A stretch of DNA of 60,562 bases, filler included, from Hausera hauseri (GCA_046269625.1; 10 parts of 10 records of this genome joined end to end with filler, not necessarily neighbours in it); one strand, 5' to 3'. Positions 10,290 through 23,267 are shown, numbered from the whole stretch's first letter. Notes: generated from the sequence alone by a model not told the origin. Numbers and translations: made by a program.

Positions 10290-13200
10290 CAGAACTCTGA
10301 CATAGTCTTGAAAATTTATCTTTTTGGCCAATGTAGTTCTTTGAACGCCCTTTGCTCTCTTTTGATTTAGCCACATACGACCAGAGCATACATTTTTGAT
10401 CGCAGTGCTACGAAACCCGTAATGATCTTCCCATTCACCTCGTCTTTGAATTTCCAGAGGACTTTCTTGTTGTTGGTTGAATAATTTGGATGATACTTCG
10501 GATAATCCAATGTATTCATGTGTTGAGCCAATTGGGCAAAATCTTTGTGCATGTCCTCAGTATGGATTTGATAAATAAAACTATCAGTATCAATATACAT
10601 CACCTGTATGGACTTGAATGTTGGTTCCATTATATCGTTTGAATTCAAGTGATGTTTTGAGCATATGGATGCCTACCAAGTTCTCAGCATATATGGCGCT
10701 GCTGTGGAAGTTAAGCTTGTCAATAATCTTCTTTGCCCGCTTGCAGTCACATACTAGCTCGATGTTGATCCTGTTGCGGATATTCTACATTGTCTTGCCA
10801 AAAACGCTGTTATTATACAGCTTAAATTGATCTTTCTCGAACTCGTTCTTGGCATTTTTCCGCAGCTTGGTATTCATATCAATGTATGACTGCAGCCACA
10901 TTGACCGGCTGAAGTGTGGGATTCTATGGACCTTAGTAATGCGGAGTCCATATTTAACTGCTTGCTGGAAATTGATGTAGTGGAAAACATACCTCTACCT
11001 ATTGCTCAAATGACAGAGCAACTTTTGCTGCTTTTAGGGAGGGAAGGCTGTTGTTGATGCCTTGTGTAGATGGAAGCCAGATACTCGATATCCACATCCA
11101 GTATGTAGCCCGTATCTCCAGTGGGATCCAGGCCCAGGATAGGAATGTCTTCAGGATGCTCAACCCACTTGAAGTTATAATATGGCAATGGGACGCTCAT
11201 TACCTATCCATAAAAGTTGTCAGCTTCCAGGTAGGAAATATGTGATGACTCCTTTATTAAGTCGTATTCAGCCATACACTTGTTGTTGGCCTCGCTATAC
11301 TGGTGAATGGCTTGTCACATTCCACCTCTAATGCCTCTTTTGATCATAAGGATCATATCGTAATCCTTAATGATTTACAGGCGGATACCGGCATACTGCA
11401 GCATTATGCAGCTTATCCCTGGTGCCGTGAGGAAACGAGCCGGATCCAAAGTATGGCTCTTCAATGTGACATCCCTGAAACTTTCAAAGACATCTGACAG
11501 CAGTAGCATATCGGTATGGAGATATATATCACTATATTCCTATAATGTTTTGCATTGGAATGACTGCCAGACGTTCTGAGTATGCTGGTAGTCCTCATCA
11601 TAGATATCACAGTCCAACAGCTGGCTGTAAAAGTTTTTCTTGGTCGACAATGAGGATCCATCCAGTGTTTCCCATGATGTTATATAGTCATAGGGAAACA
11701 CTCCTTTGCGTTTAACCAGGTGGAAGTTATCCGGAAAGAATCGCTTCGTTTTCTCGAGTTCTTCGGCAGGCATGAACTCGGAAGAAGCGAAGTCGGATTT
11801 TACCAACATGCTTAGTGAAAGTAATATATTTCTCCTCACTGTTGGGGATCACATCTATATTGCCATCAATGTTGCTTAATTCTCGGACTATGAAGTGGCT
11901 GTCATAGCCGCTGAGATTGTGGAATACCACAGGCACATATTTGCATGTTTAGCAGCGAAGATTAAAGTTGTTACATGCTGCGCCCCGATATGCACCTGTA
12001 AAATGGTAATGATCCTTGACTTTCCAATTTTCCTTGGTGAAGGACTTGTCTCAAAAGTATCATGATGCTGCCTTGCACCATTCTTGTTCTTGTATCCAAG
12101 ACATGCTCATGTCATACTTATGTTGTTGCTGCATTTTTTCAAGCCTATGAGCCATGTCTTCAAGTCTCTTCATGAAATGTGCTGCTGCTCCTGGACCCCT
12201 GAATAGATATGGTTCACTGTCCAATCCTTTGACATACATACAATACGATGATAGTTCATGATATTGGTATGCCGTTGTACTGCTATATTGAGGACTGGAA
12301 CTGCATGTGTGAACTGGCCTGAGAATGGCCTCAAAGTCGCAATAGACGACAATTGGGACCTTGATCTCTTCTCGAATTCCTTAAATTCGATATAGTTCCC
12401 TTTGGGAAATTCTGATCTTACACAATAACTGTTGTTGCAGTACATCTTGTGCTCTTTAAGCTTGTCCACGGTTTCTTCACCACTGAAATGGGACAAGCAT
12501 AGTTTCCATATTTCAATTCCATGTTCATGCTTTGTTATTTTGGATCTGACTGGACACTCAAAGTTCTTTATCCAAACAAAATGTTTCTTATCACCATAGT
12601 CTAGTAGGAGCAGATCCCTATTACCTTCCAATTCAGCATCACATATTTGCAAGTGATAGAATTTGTCCTTCTCATCCAATCCAAAGATATTGATGGACAT
12701 GTTGTTGATGTGGCTGAACTTCTTGATTTCATCTATGGATGGAGGGAATGTGATACACTGAAAGTCGTAGTTGTTTTGGAGATCATTATATAGCCAAATC
12801 CGATTTGCTGCATGTTTTTGATCCCGTACGAGTTTGCATAAAATGGCTTACATGAAGCACTTGTTGTAATTATTAGACATTCGTGCAAGTATTTTCTGCC
12901 GAATCCATTCCGGAAGCTGTATATATGAACTGCCTCGCATGGAGGAGTATCTGTGTACATATAGAAGCAGTCTCTTGATGGTTGCCAGAGCCCATCCACT
13001 CTTCTTATCCTGGCTCTCATCGACTTCACGGATCAGCTTCGTATGCTCTTCATGCAGCCATTCAGTTATATTTGTGTTTCCCAATATGGGCCTATTTTTG
13101 GTCTTGAAGGCCTTATTTGATTCTTCAGCATCGACATTGACGTATGTGGCCTCAATTTTCATATTAACCTTAAGGGCCTTGAGCTCACTCATATTGTCCT

Positions 13201-13651
13201 GGAGGATCCCGTTTGTTTCTTCCTTTGCATATTTCAGGAACTCCTTAATGGTTATTTGCCCAGCTGCATCAATGACATATTTGCGGACTTTTTTCTGTAA
13301 TGCAGCAGCATCAACTGGCTACTGTCTTTGGCTTTTTGGCGGAGCCGCTACGTCTGTTGAGCCTGAGGCATCTGATGGGCGTTTTAATCCTGATTCTCGA
13401 TGTACTGCAGGCAGTACTGCTGCCGGCTGCACTGCTGCAGGCTGTACTGCTGCATCTAACTGTACTGCGGACTGTGCAACTGGTCTATGTTCATTAAATA
13501 TGATCTTCTTGGACTTTGATGCGAAGTCAGTCAAATGATCCTTGTAATCTTCATAGAATTGTATGTATTCTCCTTCGTCACATGCAGTCTCACATCTGGG
13601 GCAAATAGAATAGAGGATCCTATTGAATTTGTAACTCTAATAGCTACTCAT
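10290..13651 (-). pseudogene. Polinton/Maverick (adintovirus-like) protein-primed DNA polymerase B, disrupted
   Basis: Motifs in order: GSSYIQLPEWI, endonuclease VII-like [71 protein letters not shown]. Confidence 0.93.
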
Positions 13652-13920
13652 GATATTGTGGCAACCCTGCAACTTTGGTTTTCCTTTGGCACAAAAGACG
13701 TTATTGGCATATTGGTACTGAATATTTGTTTTTTCGACTTGGCGAAGAAAATCAAGTGCTGTTTATGGATATTGTAAAATTCCTCGTACCCTGTCCTGCA
13801 CACTACTTCACATGTAGGACATATATAATACTGTATCCTGTTGAACATATGCCCAAAGTATTTCATCATAATACTATGGCCAAGCACTCTCTGTAAAGTT
13901 TTCACATCTAAACAAAGCAA
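13648..13920 (-). CDS. Small Cys/His protein, paralogous to the N-terminus of the downstream pPolB ORF
   Basis: FNRIQYYICPTCEVVC...FY..HKQHL..FAKSKKQIF. Its TGA overlaps the pPolB ATG (ATGA at 13648-13651). Confidence 0.6.
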   Translation of the reverse strand: MLCLDVKTLQRVLGHSIMMKYFGHMFNRIQYYICPTCEVVCRTGYEEFYNIHKQHLIFFAKSKKQIFSTNMPITSFVPKENQSCRVATIS

Positions 13921-14229
13921 TTATTTTGATGATGAGTACAAATAAGAATACTTACCATTCGTGGAAGTGAATTTTGAAAATAATGAAAAATATAGCTATG
14001 TCAAAGTGAACTGTCTAATTTTGATAATTGATACAGTAAAACAAAATACATTTAAGGAAATATTTTTAATGGTGGGTAAATTTGGCACTACACGCGTTTG
14101 TTTTAATGCATCAAATGCATGGACTTGTCACGTAATAATTATATTGCTTGTCATTGTTTGTTTTAATGCATCAAATGATTTGTGGCGGCGCTATATTTGA
14201 ATAAGTTTTAATATATGCGGAATCGACTA

Positions 14230-15000
14230 AAGCCATGAGATTCTTTGAATAATGCATGCTTGACCGATTATTCCAGTTCGAATCGATAATTCTTCGAGTT
14301 TGAATAAAGTATTCGATTACATAACACAAGATTCAGATTATACGTATATGCTTTCCTATCTATGTGCACTTAAAGATTTTTTGACTTCAATGTGCTTTAC
14401 CTTCAAATTCACCACCATTGCTTAAACAATTACTTAACACTTACTTAGCATTTAACAAGTACTTTAACCATATTGGACAAACCTTGTTTTTATACATCGC
14501 AATGCACTGAATTGCACTAAAATTCATTTCCATATGAGTTTTTGACCATGGGGAATCGAATGCCTCCATTAGATTCTTCAAATAATGCATGCTTGATCGA
14601 GTTTTCGAGTTAGAATCGATAATTCTTTGAGTTTGAACAATGTATTCGATTATCTAATATCATATTCAGATTCGGCATATATGCTTTTCCATCTAGCCCC
14701 GCTATTAGATTTATCAAAATCCGCTTCACTGCGCTTTAAATGCACATTTTGCTTATTTCGAAAAATTGATTTTATGCCTATATAGTATATTTTCATGGAA
14801 TAATTTTCATTGATGTAGGGCTTTTCGCATATGGGAAATCGATTCCCACTCTTAGATTTTTCTACTAGTTCGAACTTCGATATTCGAGCTCGAAAATCTT
14901 CAAATTTCGAACTTTCGACTAAAGATTCGAGATAGCCATGGTCGATTTCCTATCTGTCCTCGCTCAATGTTATAGCGAATTTTGCTTCCTTAGAGCATAA
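14230..15000. repeat. Diverged tandem repeat, about three units of roughly 300-335 bp
   Basis: gattct..aataatgcatgcttga..gaatcgataattctt..gagtttgaa at ~14240 and ~14572, with a weaker third copy at ~14853. Confidence 0.7.
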
Positions 15001-15059
15001 AGAACATATGCTAAATCGCCAATTTTTGCATTTTTGACCTATATTAATAGGTAACTAAT

Positions 15060-15760
15060 CGATAAGTTTAAATTCTAACTGCACATTCATATGCTACACC
15101 ATGTTTCCTTTCGAATGCACCCGGTCACATGTCCTAATCATCTATATTGGAAATATCGGAAATTCGATATTATTGATTTTTGCACACTTGCACAATGTTT
15201 TTGCACTACACACCACATATCAAGGTGCATCTTAATGTGCTCTATCCAATAGCACTTGACCCCGATCAATTCCGTCAATCCTACGCTGCACAACTGCAAA
15301 TATGTGCAAAGTGAAAATGTGCCCTGGCAACCGTATCCAAGAGCACACCAATATCAACTATCGCACTGATCGAAATTACATCAAGTACTGCACCTGTCAG
15401 TATATGTGCCATATTAATATTATTGATTTAAGATTTATAGCGGAAAGGCCTGTGGCGGTTCGGTCCCACTTGCGAATTATTCTAAAACCAATCAATCGAT
15501 TTAAATTCTAACTGCACATTCATATACAGCATCATGTGTGCTACCGATTTCGCCCGGTGCCGAGTAATAATCATCAAAATTGGGATTATCGGAAATTCGA
15601 TATTATTGATTTTTGCACACTTTCATACGTGCTGCACACCTGGAATGTTCACCAATCGATACGCACTGATGTGCACTATCGAATAGCACTTTGTCCCGAT
15701 CAATTCGATCAATATTGCACTCTGCAGCGATCGATTTGTGAAAAGTGCAAAAGTGCCACT
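15060..15760. repeat. Two diverged direct copies (period ~430 bp) of a dispersed repeat
   Basis: tttaaattctaactgcacattcatat and atcggaaattcgatattattgatttttgcacactt each occur twice. Confidence 0.8.
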
Positions 15761-16849
15761 AGCAACGGTGCCTAACGGTACAGTCGCCTAGCACTCTATC
15801 TATCGATAGTGCTCCATGTGCACTATCGATTGGCACATGTGCAACAACGATTCCTGCGAGGGGTAAGGCCGAACCGTCATTTTCCTCCTACTTATATACT
15901 TCTGAAAGCCAAACATCTGTGGTTAATAAGACAGATTTATACGAAGTTAAGTAAACGTTAAACTGTGGTAACAGTGGTCTAGAAATCTGTAAGGTAACGT
16001 ATCCTAAAGCTGCAGTTAATAACAAGTCTGCATGTTGTTTTGGATAATTGCGGATGCCGAAATGTTGTTCAATAATTTGTCGTAATGGGCGAGGACCATA
16101 GTTATTAGTCCAATGTACAATTAATATACGTCGATTCTGAAGGCTATTTCCTTTGTATTTGTTCGGAAGAGAAACATAGATTGATACTGAACAGTAGTGT
16201 GATGTAAAGAATGATTCATACGCATAGATTGGTAGGTATTACTTGAGCGTAACGCTTCTATAAGGAAAGGTATGGATAAGCATGTAGGTAAATACATTGG
16301 ATGTTCTGTCCAATATTATGAACTAAAGGTGATTGGTTCAAAAGATCGGTGGTTCCGGGGCAAGATGAGAGATTACGTGAGTCGATTAACAACGAAGGTT
16401 TAAGATCATTTATGGTACGTTCAACGGACGCCGATTCCGTTTCACTACGGATACTCGATCGAAGTTCAACGGCCTGAAATTATGAGTTTGAATCGTGTGG
16501 GAATTCTGCACGTCCACTAATATCAGAGGCTGGTGTTGATTTTTCAGTTCAATTTACTAAAAAAGTTAGGCGGGTATTAGGCAAAGGTAGATGGATGTGA
16601 GCATATCAGGCCAACCTCCCCCGAGGATCGATAAACAATAAATTTAAATTTTCAATTGATATTTTTAAATTTTTGAATTTTCAATGAATTTTTTTAATTT
16701 TCAATTTTTTTTCAAAGTACACTATTGATTTTAGCACTTTGTAAGTGTACAGCTTTATACGAATTCGGTACAAATTTTGAAACTTTTCGAAAAAAATTAA
16801 AAATGTGTATTTTTGAATTCTGCACAACAGTATTGGTGGAACAAATTTT

Positions 16850-17370
16850 TTGAAAAAAACTTTTTCCAACTTAATTACTTTTCACCGAGTTTTCGAATAA
16901 TTTTGGTTGGAGGGACACAAATGTTCACTTTTTCGACCTCCGTCGAATGGTATAGGTTAAAAGTTTATAAGACCTTAGGAAGCGAATATATAACAATTCG
17001 AATATTTCAAAAAAATTTTGAAACGCTATATCTAGGCACTAATACGTCGTATTGAAGTGAGATTAAGTTTGCCAGATGCAGAAAGAAATTCTCTATCTTA
17101 GACACGAATTACTCAAAAAGATTTTTTCGAAATCGATTTTTCGATTTAACGACTGTTCGAATAATTTGGGGAACTACATGAAAAATATTTAGTTTTTTGC
17201 GCTCTATCAAATGGTATAGGTTACAAGTCCATGTAACCTTAGGAACCCAATATATATCAATTCGAATATTTCGAAAAAAATTCGAAAGGCTATATCTCCA
17301 AAACCAAACATCATATTGACATGAAATAAACTTTGCCAAATGCAGAAAAAATCCTCTATCGAGGAAAATT
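16850..17370. repeat. AT-rich tandem duplication, period ~265 bp
   Basis: aatggtataggtta..accttaggaa..caattcgaatatttc..tttgcca.atgcagaaa occurs twice. Confidence 0.75.
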
Positions 17371-17436
17371 AAAATGATCGACTTTTCACTTTAGGATAAA
17401 AATCAATTTTTAGTGATTAAAATGTTTGAAAGGCTA

Positions 17437-17536
17437 NNNNNNNNNNNNNNNNNNNNNNNNNNNNNNNNNNNNNNNNNNNNTTAATTAATTAANNNNNNNN
17501 NNNNNNNNNNNNNNNNNNNNNNNNNNNNNNNNNNNN
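17437..17536. other. Artificial contig spacer
   Basis: 44N-TTAATTAATTAA-44N. Confidence 0.98.
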
Positions 17537-18490
17537 ACCATTTATTCGACCATCGACTTGACCAAAGCATACCATCAAATACCGGTGTCACCCGAAGACA
17601 TAGAAAAAACTGCTGTCACTACTCCTTCTAACCTCTACGAGTACCTGTTTATGTCTTTCGGTTTGCGAAATTCCGCACAGACCTTTCAGCGACATATTGA
17701 CTCAATTCTCTTAGATTTTCCGTTTGCACACCCTTATTAATGATATTCTGATCGTTTCGTCTTCGGCCAAACATCACAAGGAACGCCTTCGCGCAATATT
17801 CCAACGCCGTAACCACCATAATCTCCAAGTCAATTTCGACAAATGCCATTTCGTCAAAAAGCGCATAAACTTTTTAAATCACGTTATTTTACAAGACGGC
17901 CACTCTCCTCAATCAGACCGAGTTGAAGCCCTTAAAAATATCCAGGTACCACGTACAACCACTGAAATGCGCAGCTTTCTTAATACACTACACTTTGTAC
18001 ATAAATATGTACCATATTGCTCTGAATTGACAGCACCATCATCAGTCAATACAGTTGGTAGACAAATTTGATAAGTTACGCGAAGGAATTAAGACCGTCG
18101 ATATTCTTGCTTTCCCCAAGGCTGATGCGGAACTCATCCTTACCACAGACGCTTCAACCGCTGCAGTAGGTGCTGTGCTTCACCAAATCCACGAAGGAGA
18201 AAATCAACCGCTAGAATTTTTCTCTCGCAAGCTAACATCCGCTGAAACTCGAAATTCAACGTTCAATCGAGAGTTATTGGCCATTGTTCTTGCTTTAAAG
18301 CATTTCTCCCACCTACTTGTCTCTCGCCATTTTACTACAAACCGATCACAAACTTTTACTTAACATCATGGCTATGAAACATCCTTCCACACGCCAAGAA
18401 CGACAGACATTATATTGTCGACATTTAACTTAGACATAAAACATATTAATGGGGTTAATAATTTAGTTGCCTATTTTTTATCTAGGTTGG
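17537..18490 (+). pseudogene. Gypsy RT (C-terminal part) + RNase H
   Basis: ORFs 17558-17740, 17724-18071, 18055-18363 and 18415 onward carry RT/RNase H motifs separated by frameshifts. Confidence 0.9.
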
Positions 18491-18679
18491 TTAGTTCGAT
18501 TAATTTTTCACCGATTTTTACGCAAGCTCAACTTCAACAGAACCAGTCACCTCAAGACATGCTTACTTCTTCCAAGTCTTGCAAAATCGTTGACGGCGTG
18601 GCTTTAGACACTTTCAAACCAGGTCATTCCATAATAATTCTCGCACCATCATTACAAAGCAAGCATTTAATAGCGTACA

Positions 18680-19620
18680 TTCGCTACACCAGCCTGGTGC
18701 TAAAGCAACTTTTTGTTTCCTCCATTGACAAGTAATACGGCCGTCAATGCGTTTTGATGTGTAGGCATGGGTTAAGGAGTATGCGGCTTACCAAAAGTAC
18801 AAAACAACTAAGCATTTAAAGCCACCATTGTTCCACTGGCCATATACATCGCGTTTCGAATCCGTGCATACCGACATCGTTGGCCCTCTTCCTCCTGACA
18901 AAGGTCATCAATTCATTCTCACCATTATGGACCGTTCCTCGCGATGGTTAGAAGCCACTGCTCTGCGAAGCACGAACACCGATACCATAGCTGACGTTTT
19001 CATTCTCACATAGATTAGCAGGTTTGGATCACCTCGCTTCATCATCACGGAGCAGGGTCCACAGTTTGAATCTAACCTGTTCAAATCCCTTGTTAACCGA
19101 CTGGGGACCCATCACATACGTACTACGCCTTACCATCCCCAATCGAATGGCCTCCTAGAACGCTTCCACCGAACATTGAAAACGTCACTAAAAACCCTTG
19201 CAGAGTCCAACACAAGTTGGACGAATCTTCTTCCGTTTGTTCCGCTTGGCTGGAGAAACAGTCCGTCTAATTCTACGGGATGCTCACCTACTGAAGTCTT
19301 ATTCAGAGCTCCTGTACAATTATTGTTCGAACTAACTGCCCTAGACGACACTTCTACAGATGAAACGATACGTGCGGCTCAAAGTCACTTCGTTACTGTC
19401 AGCAAAGATTGGTTCTGTAGGATATTTGACAAAGACAAAACATATTTACCCGAAGACTTGTATTCGGCAAAATTTGTATGGCTAAAAAATTAGACACCGT
19501 GCGGTTTTCAGCAGCGGTATCTGGGGCTCTATTAACTAATACAGCTGCATTCACATAATGTTATTATCTCTAAAGACGACAAAGAACTTACAGTACATGT
19601 TACCAACTTAAAGCCCGCCT
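18680..19620 (+). pseudogene. Gypsy integrase
   Basis: ORFs 18828-19013 and 19176-19493 plus the intervening frame carry rve-domain motifs. Confidence 0.9.
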
Positions 19621-20237
19621 TCTTTGTCTACAATACTTTACCAATCGACACGTCAACCTCTTTTCTCACTCCTGCACTTCCTGCTGTTCCTTTATTTGTT
19701 GCTGCATCAGTTTCATTTCCTCCTTCGGCTCCTAGTTCTGCTTCATCATTTTCTACAACTTTTACTTCTATTCCTATCTCTCATACTTTCTCTACCACTC
19801 CCTTTTTCTAATTTTCTACTTCTACTATTTCACTTAATACAATTCCAATTTCCACTTTAATTTTCGTCTCTCCTCCTTCATCCACCACTTCACCTTTTGT
19901 CACTCCTTCATCTTCTAACACTCTCTTGAATACCTTTAACCATCCGTCTCCTACAATCTCTCTCCCTCCTTCACCTTCTTCTTCTCTTCCATCTGACTTG
20001 CCTTTGCACGACACAACACTCACAACAAAATCTGACAATTTTTCCCCCAACTTCAACCTCTGTAAGCAAACACATCGCATACAGAAAAAACACGTAGAGT
20101 AACATTTAGCAAGGTTATGAGGTAAAAATCAGTAGAAGGCACCTAACGTCTTGTTCACACTAAGACCAACTGACACAGACACTTTTCGTTTAGGGATTTT
20201 TTTCGTCTGTTGTTTTTTATAGCTTTCACTTTGCCAC

Positions 20238-20340
20238 GGGGGTGGGGAGGGGTGATGTGGTGCCCACAACGGCCGGTGCTCTTTAGCCTATTTGGTCGGA
20301 CGCGGCCGGGCGTCCGTTGCCGCCTCGTCGGATTCATAGT
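20238..20340 (+). repeat. Polypurine tract and start of the 3' LTR (LTR begins at 20256; end not defined)
   Basis: GGGGGTGGGGAGGGGTGA-TGTGGTGCCCACAACGGCCGGTGC. The first ~80 nt align with the reverse complement of 47310-47387. Confidence 0.75.
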
Positions 20341-20629
20341 CAAACCCAATCTCCCCACTTGAAATTTCACAAGACGATCCACCGGATTTGATTCCAGAAA
20401 GTTTCGTCGACGTCAGTGAAGAGAATCAAAAACCGATAAAAATAAAGCTGTTCAAATTGTCTAATGACGAATACAGTAGATTCCCAAAGTTTAATGTAAC
20501 GCGCTCATCCAACCTATTTCAAGAAACAGTCCGAATTGTTCAGTAAAGTGAACTTCAGAACAGGCGTCGTATTTGAGATATTACATTTCCATTTTGCCAG
20601 TGCTATTAGTAATAACTATTCAAACATGG

Positions 20630-20983
20630 TTAATAAAGCCAAATGGTCATTTGCTGCTGAACATTTTGAATTGAAAAATTTGTTTTAATAATACAACCTT
20701 TTTTGGCGATTTGAATTTTAAAGTTTACTGCTCCATTTTTTGAATTTGTCATTTTGCGATTTTGTTTGTGATATCCTTTACTGTGGTTAGATGGATATCG
20801 TGCAATTCTTAACAAACAAAGTTCATGATCACAATCAGGATATTCTATATCTTTAAATTCATGATTGCATTTTAAACATTTAAAAATATATACTCTTTCG
20901 TAGTTAGATTCAGAATATAAACCTCCTTTGTGAGATGTTTTTGTTTTACAAAATCTACAATAGTTTTCAAAATTTGTTTCCAT
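20630..20983 (-). CDS. Hypothetical 117-aa protein with two CxxC pairs (zinc-ribbon-like)
   Basis: ATG-started open ORF in very AT-rich DNA, with YCRFCK ... FKCLKCNHEF. Confidence 0.4.
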   Translation of the reverse strand: METNFENYCRFCKTKTSHKGGLYSESNYERVYIFKCLKCNHEFKDIEYPDCDHELCLLRIARYPSNHSKGYHKQNRKMTNSKNGAVNFKIQIAKKGCIIKTNFSIQNVQQQMTIWLY

Positions 20984-21721
20984 TCTTTTAACCCCAAATT
21001 TTTATGATGAAAATAATTTGTTTCTTGTTTAAATTTAAAAATTAGTGGTTTTTGGATTATCTTGGTTATTTTTATACAACATTTATAAATTGAAGAGGTT
21101 TCACCTCGGCTTTGCGACCCGTAAAATTATGTCATGGAAGGTATAATTTACCATATTTAGTTTTCAAGAATTTTGGTAAATATTTTGCAATCTTAACAGT
21201 TGCTTTTTGAATAGTACCACCTTGTTTTATTTTTTAAGTAAATATTTTAATTTAATAAAAAATCTATATAATTTGTGAGAATAGTACAGTAAAATATTTT
21301 AAAATTAACAAAACGAAATTTCGGATATGATTGGGGGTACAGAATGTATTAAATCCATATAATAAAAATTAAAATCAGTTTTTGGCAAAGTTACAATTGT
21401 CCAATCAGAATATAAACATGATATTCAGAACCAGAAATCGAATTGGCTATACAGGAAAAAATCAGAACGAAATTCGAACATAAATTTTTTATTGAAATTT
21501 TACTCATGGGGGTACCACAGGGTAAAAATCGAGTTTCTTACATTTATTATTATAATTTAATTTGATTAATCTGATATATAGTTTATATGATGCATCTCAA
21601 GGAGCTATAAAATACAGCAAAGGATCAAATCAAAATATTTAATAGTTTAGATACAATCGCAAAAAACAACTCAGAAATTCATTAAAGTTCAGAGAAATGA
21701 TCATATCTTTTTATTGCCTGA

Positions 21722-21821
21722 NNNNNNNNNNNNNNNNNNNNNNNNNNNNNNNNNNNNNNNNNNNNTTAATTAATTAANNNNNNNNNNNNNNNNNNNNNNN
21801 NNNNNNNNNNNNNNNNNNNNN
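21722..21821. other. Artificial contig spacer
   Basis: 44N-TTAATTAATTAA-44N. Confidence 0.98.
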
Positions 21822-22502
21822 GTTCGACTCGGGTAGCAAGTTGGTCTTTGATCTGTTCATTTAAAGCGTTAGAGAAGATACCTCGTAAGGCCAGTTCGTC
21901 CCATCCGGAAGTGAATGGAAAACTCTGCCACAGATTGTTGTCCTTGACGTAATGCTAGGAATTTCTTTGAGGCCATCTCCTGATGAAGAGGAAGTTCAAA
22001 AACTTTCTGGAAGTCATTCAGGAAATCAGAAAAAGTGCAATTATTAATTGGAGAGGATTGAAAATACGCATGAGCCCATCTTAAAGCGTCTCCTTGGAGA
22101 GCAGAAATGAAGTAAGTAATACGAGAGGAATCGGAGGAAAAAGTGATTGGGGCTCTATCAAAGGCAAGATTACATTGCAACAAAAAAACCACCAAAATGT
22201 TCTAGGTTTCCACTAAAAAACTGTCTTGGACGGATGTCGGGCTCACGACTACGTTGTTGAAGTGTTAGGTTGGATGAGGGAACTGGCGCGGGAGTAGGTG
22301 TCGAGGCAGAGGAAGTAAGAAAAGTAGTTAATTTCTTATCGAGGGAATCAAGTATACCTCCTAGCTGCTCCATGTTATTGGATTGCAATTGTTGTTGGGT
22401 TAAAATTTGCTGTAGGGATTAATTGTTCTTGTCAATACGTCTCTCTTGAGCAGCTAAAGATTCAAGAACTCGTTCGTTGTTGGTTTGGCTGTGAGTACTC
22501 AT
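21822..22502 (-). pseudogene. Sushi-type (PEG10/RTL1-related) Gypsy gag, teleost-like, disrupted
   Basis: REPDIRPRQFFSG...FLLQCNLAF...RITYFISALQGDALRWA...LRQGQQSVAEFSIHFR, with ATG at 22502, one stop and frameshifts. Confidence 0.88.
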
Positions 22503-22518
22503 AATGTCTGGATTATTC

Positions 22519-23267
22519 TGTTATGTTTAACAAGAGAAGTAATCAAGTTCAGGCCCAAGAACCAACAACAAAACAATGACAAGCAATAAAGTTTAAGTGA
22601 TTTATTTACAGTGCTTTTCAGGAGGGGATCAGGTCCTGAAAGGGAGGGTAAGAGATTTAGTTCATTTGTCCAGGGAAGAAGATAAATTGTTTGTAATAGA
22701 ATATTCTCGTACAGGTTCCACGGAGGAGGCAGACACAGAGGAGGAGGTAAAAAGGTTCCAGAAGGTAAGGGTTCTTTTACAGGCTGATGATTGATTGTGT
22801 GTTGGTTCCAGATTGTTGGAGAGTGACAGTGTGGAGGAGAGGAGGTGTTCCAGCAAGGGTTCCAGGAAGATCTCACCATAAAGAGGTTCCACAACCACAG
22901 CAGGCAAGCCCAAAAAACTTCACACAAAGGTTTCCTTGAAGAATGCACGATTACTTAGAGAAAACTGATATACTGATTACTGGCTGTCATAATCAGTACC
23001 AGGTAACTGAATAATCCAGCAACGGGTGGAACTTCTCCAGGACCTTAAGTAGGAGCCAGCCTCATCAGCAGGATCCAGAACAGGTGAGTAATTGATGGCT
23101 CCTCCTCCTGTCACTCAGGATCTGGAAGGTGAGTAATAACCCACACAAACACCAACACAAAAGCACAAACTCTTCATTGCGGCAGCTGGTGAAATAACGT
23201 GTGGCTGAAGGAACGTGTTAAACATAGAGTTGAGTGTCAGCACTGCTTGGCAAAATGTCACGTTACA
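22519..23267 (-). repeat. Probable 5' LTR of the Sushi-type element
   Basis: Minus strand TGTAAC...ATAACA, with internal TACTTAAG and AATAAA. It ends 16 nt before the gag ATG. The outer boundary is tentative. Confidence 0.55.

Larger units (their letters stand above)
17537..20340 (+). mobile_element. Degenerate Ty3/Gypsy element (RT-RNase H-IN-PPT-3'LTR), related to the short-LTR family
   Basis: [42 protein letters not shown] and AYHPQSNGLLERFHRTLK, then a G-rich PPT and TGTGGTGCCCACA. Confidence 0.93.

Noticed and set aside
13908-13955. 48-nt GT-AG intron-like segment after an ATG upstream of the small Polinton ORF
   Set aside because: Splicing as written gives ATG-ATG-TGA, out of frame with the ORF, so it cannot be supported.
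15900-16620. Minus-strand peptide YGPRPLRQIIEQHF, resembling a Clp ATPase C-terminal motif
   Set aside because: It is an isolated short match with no Walker motifs or sustained open frame.
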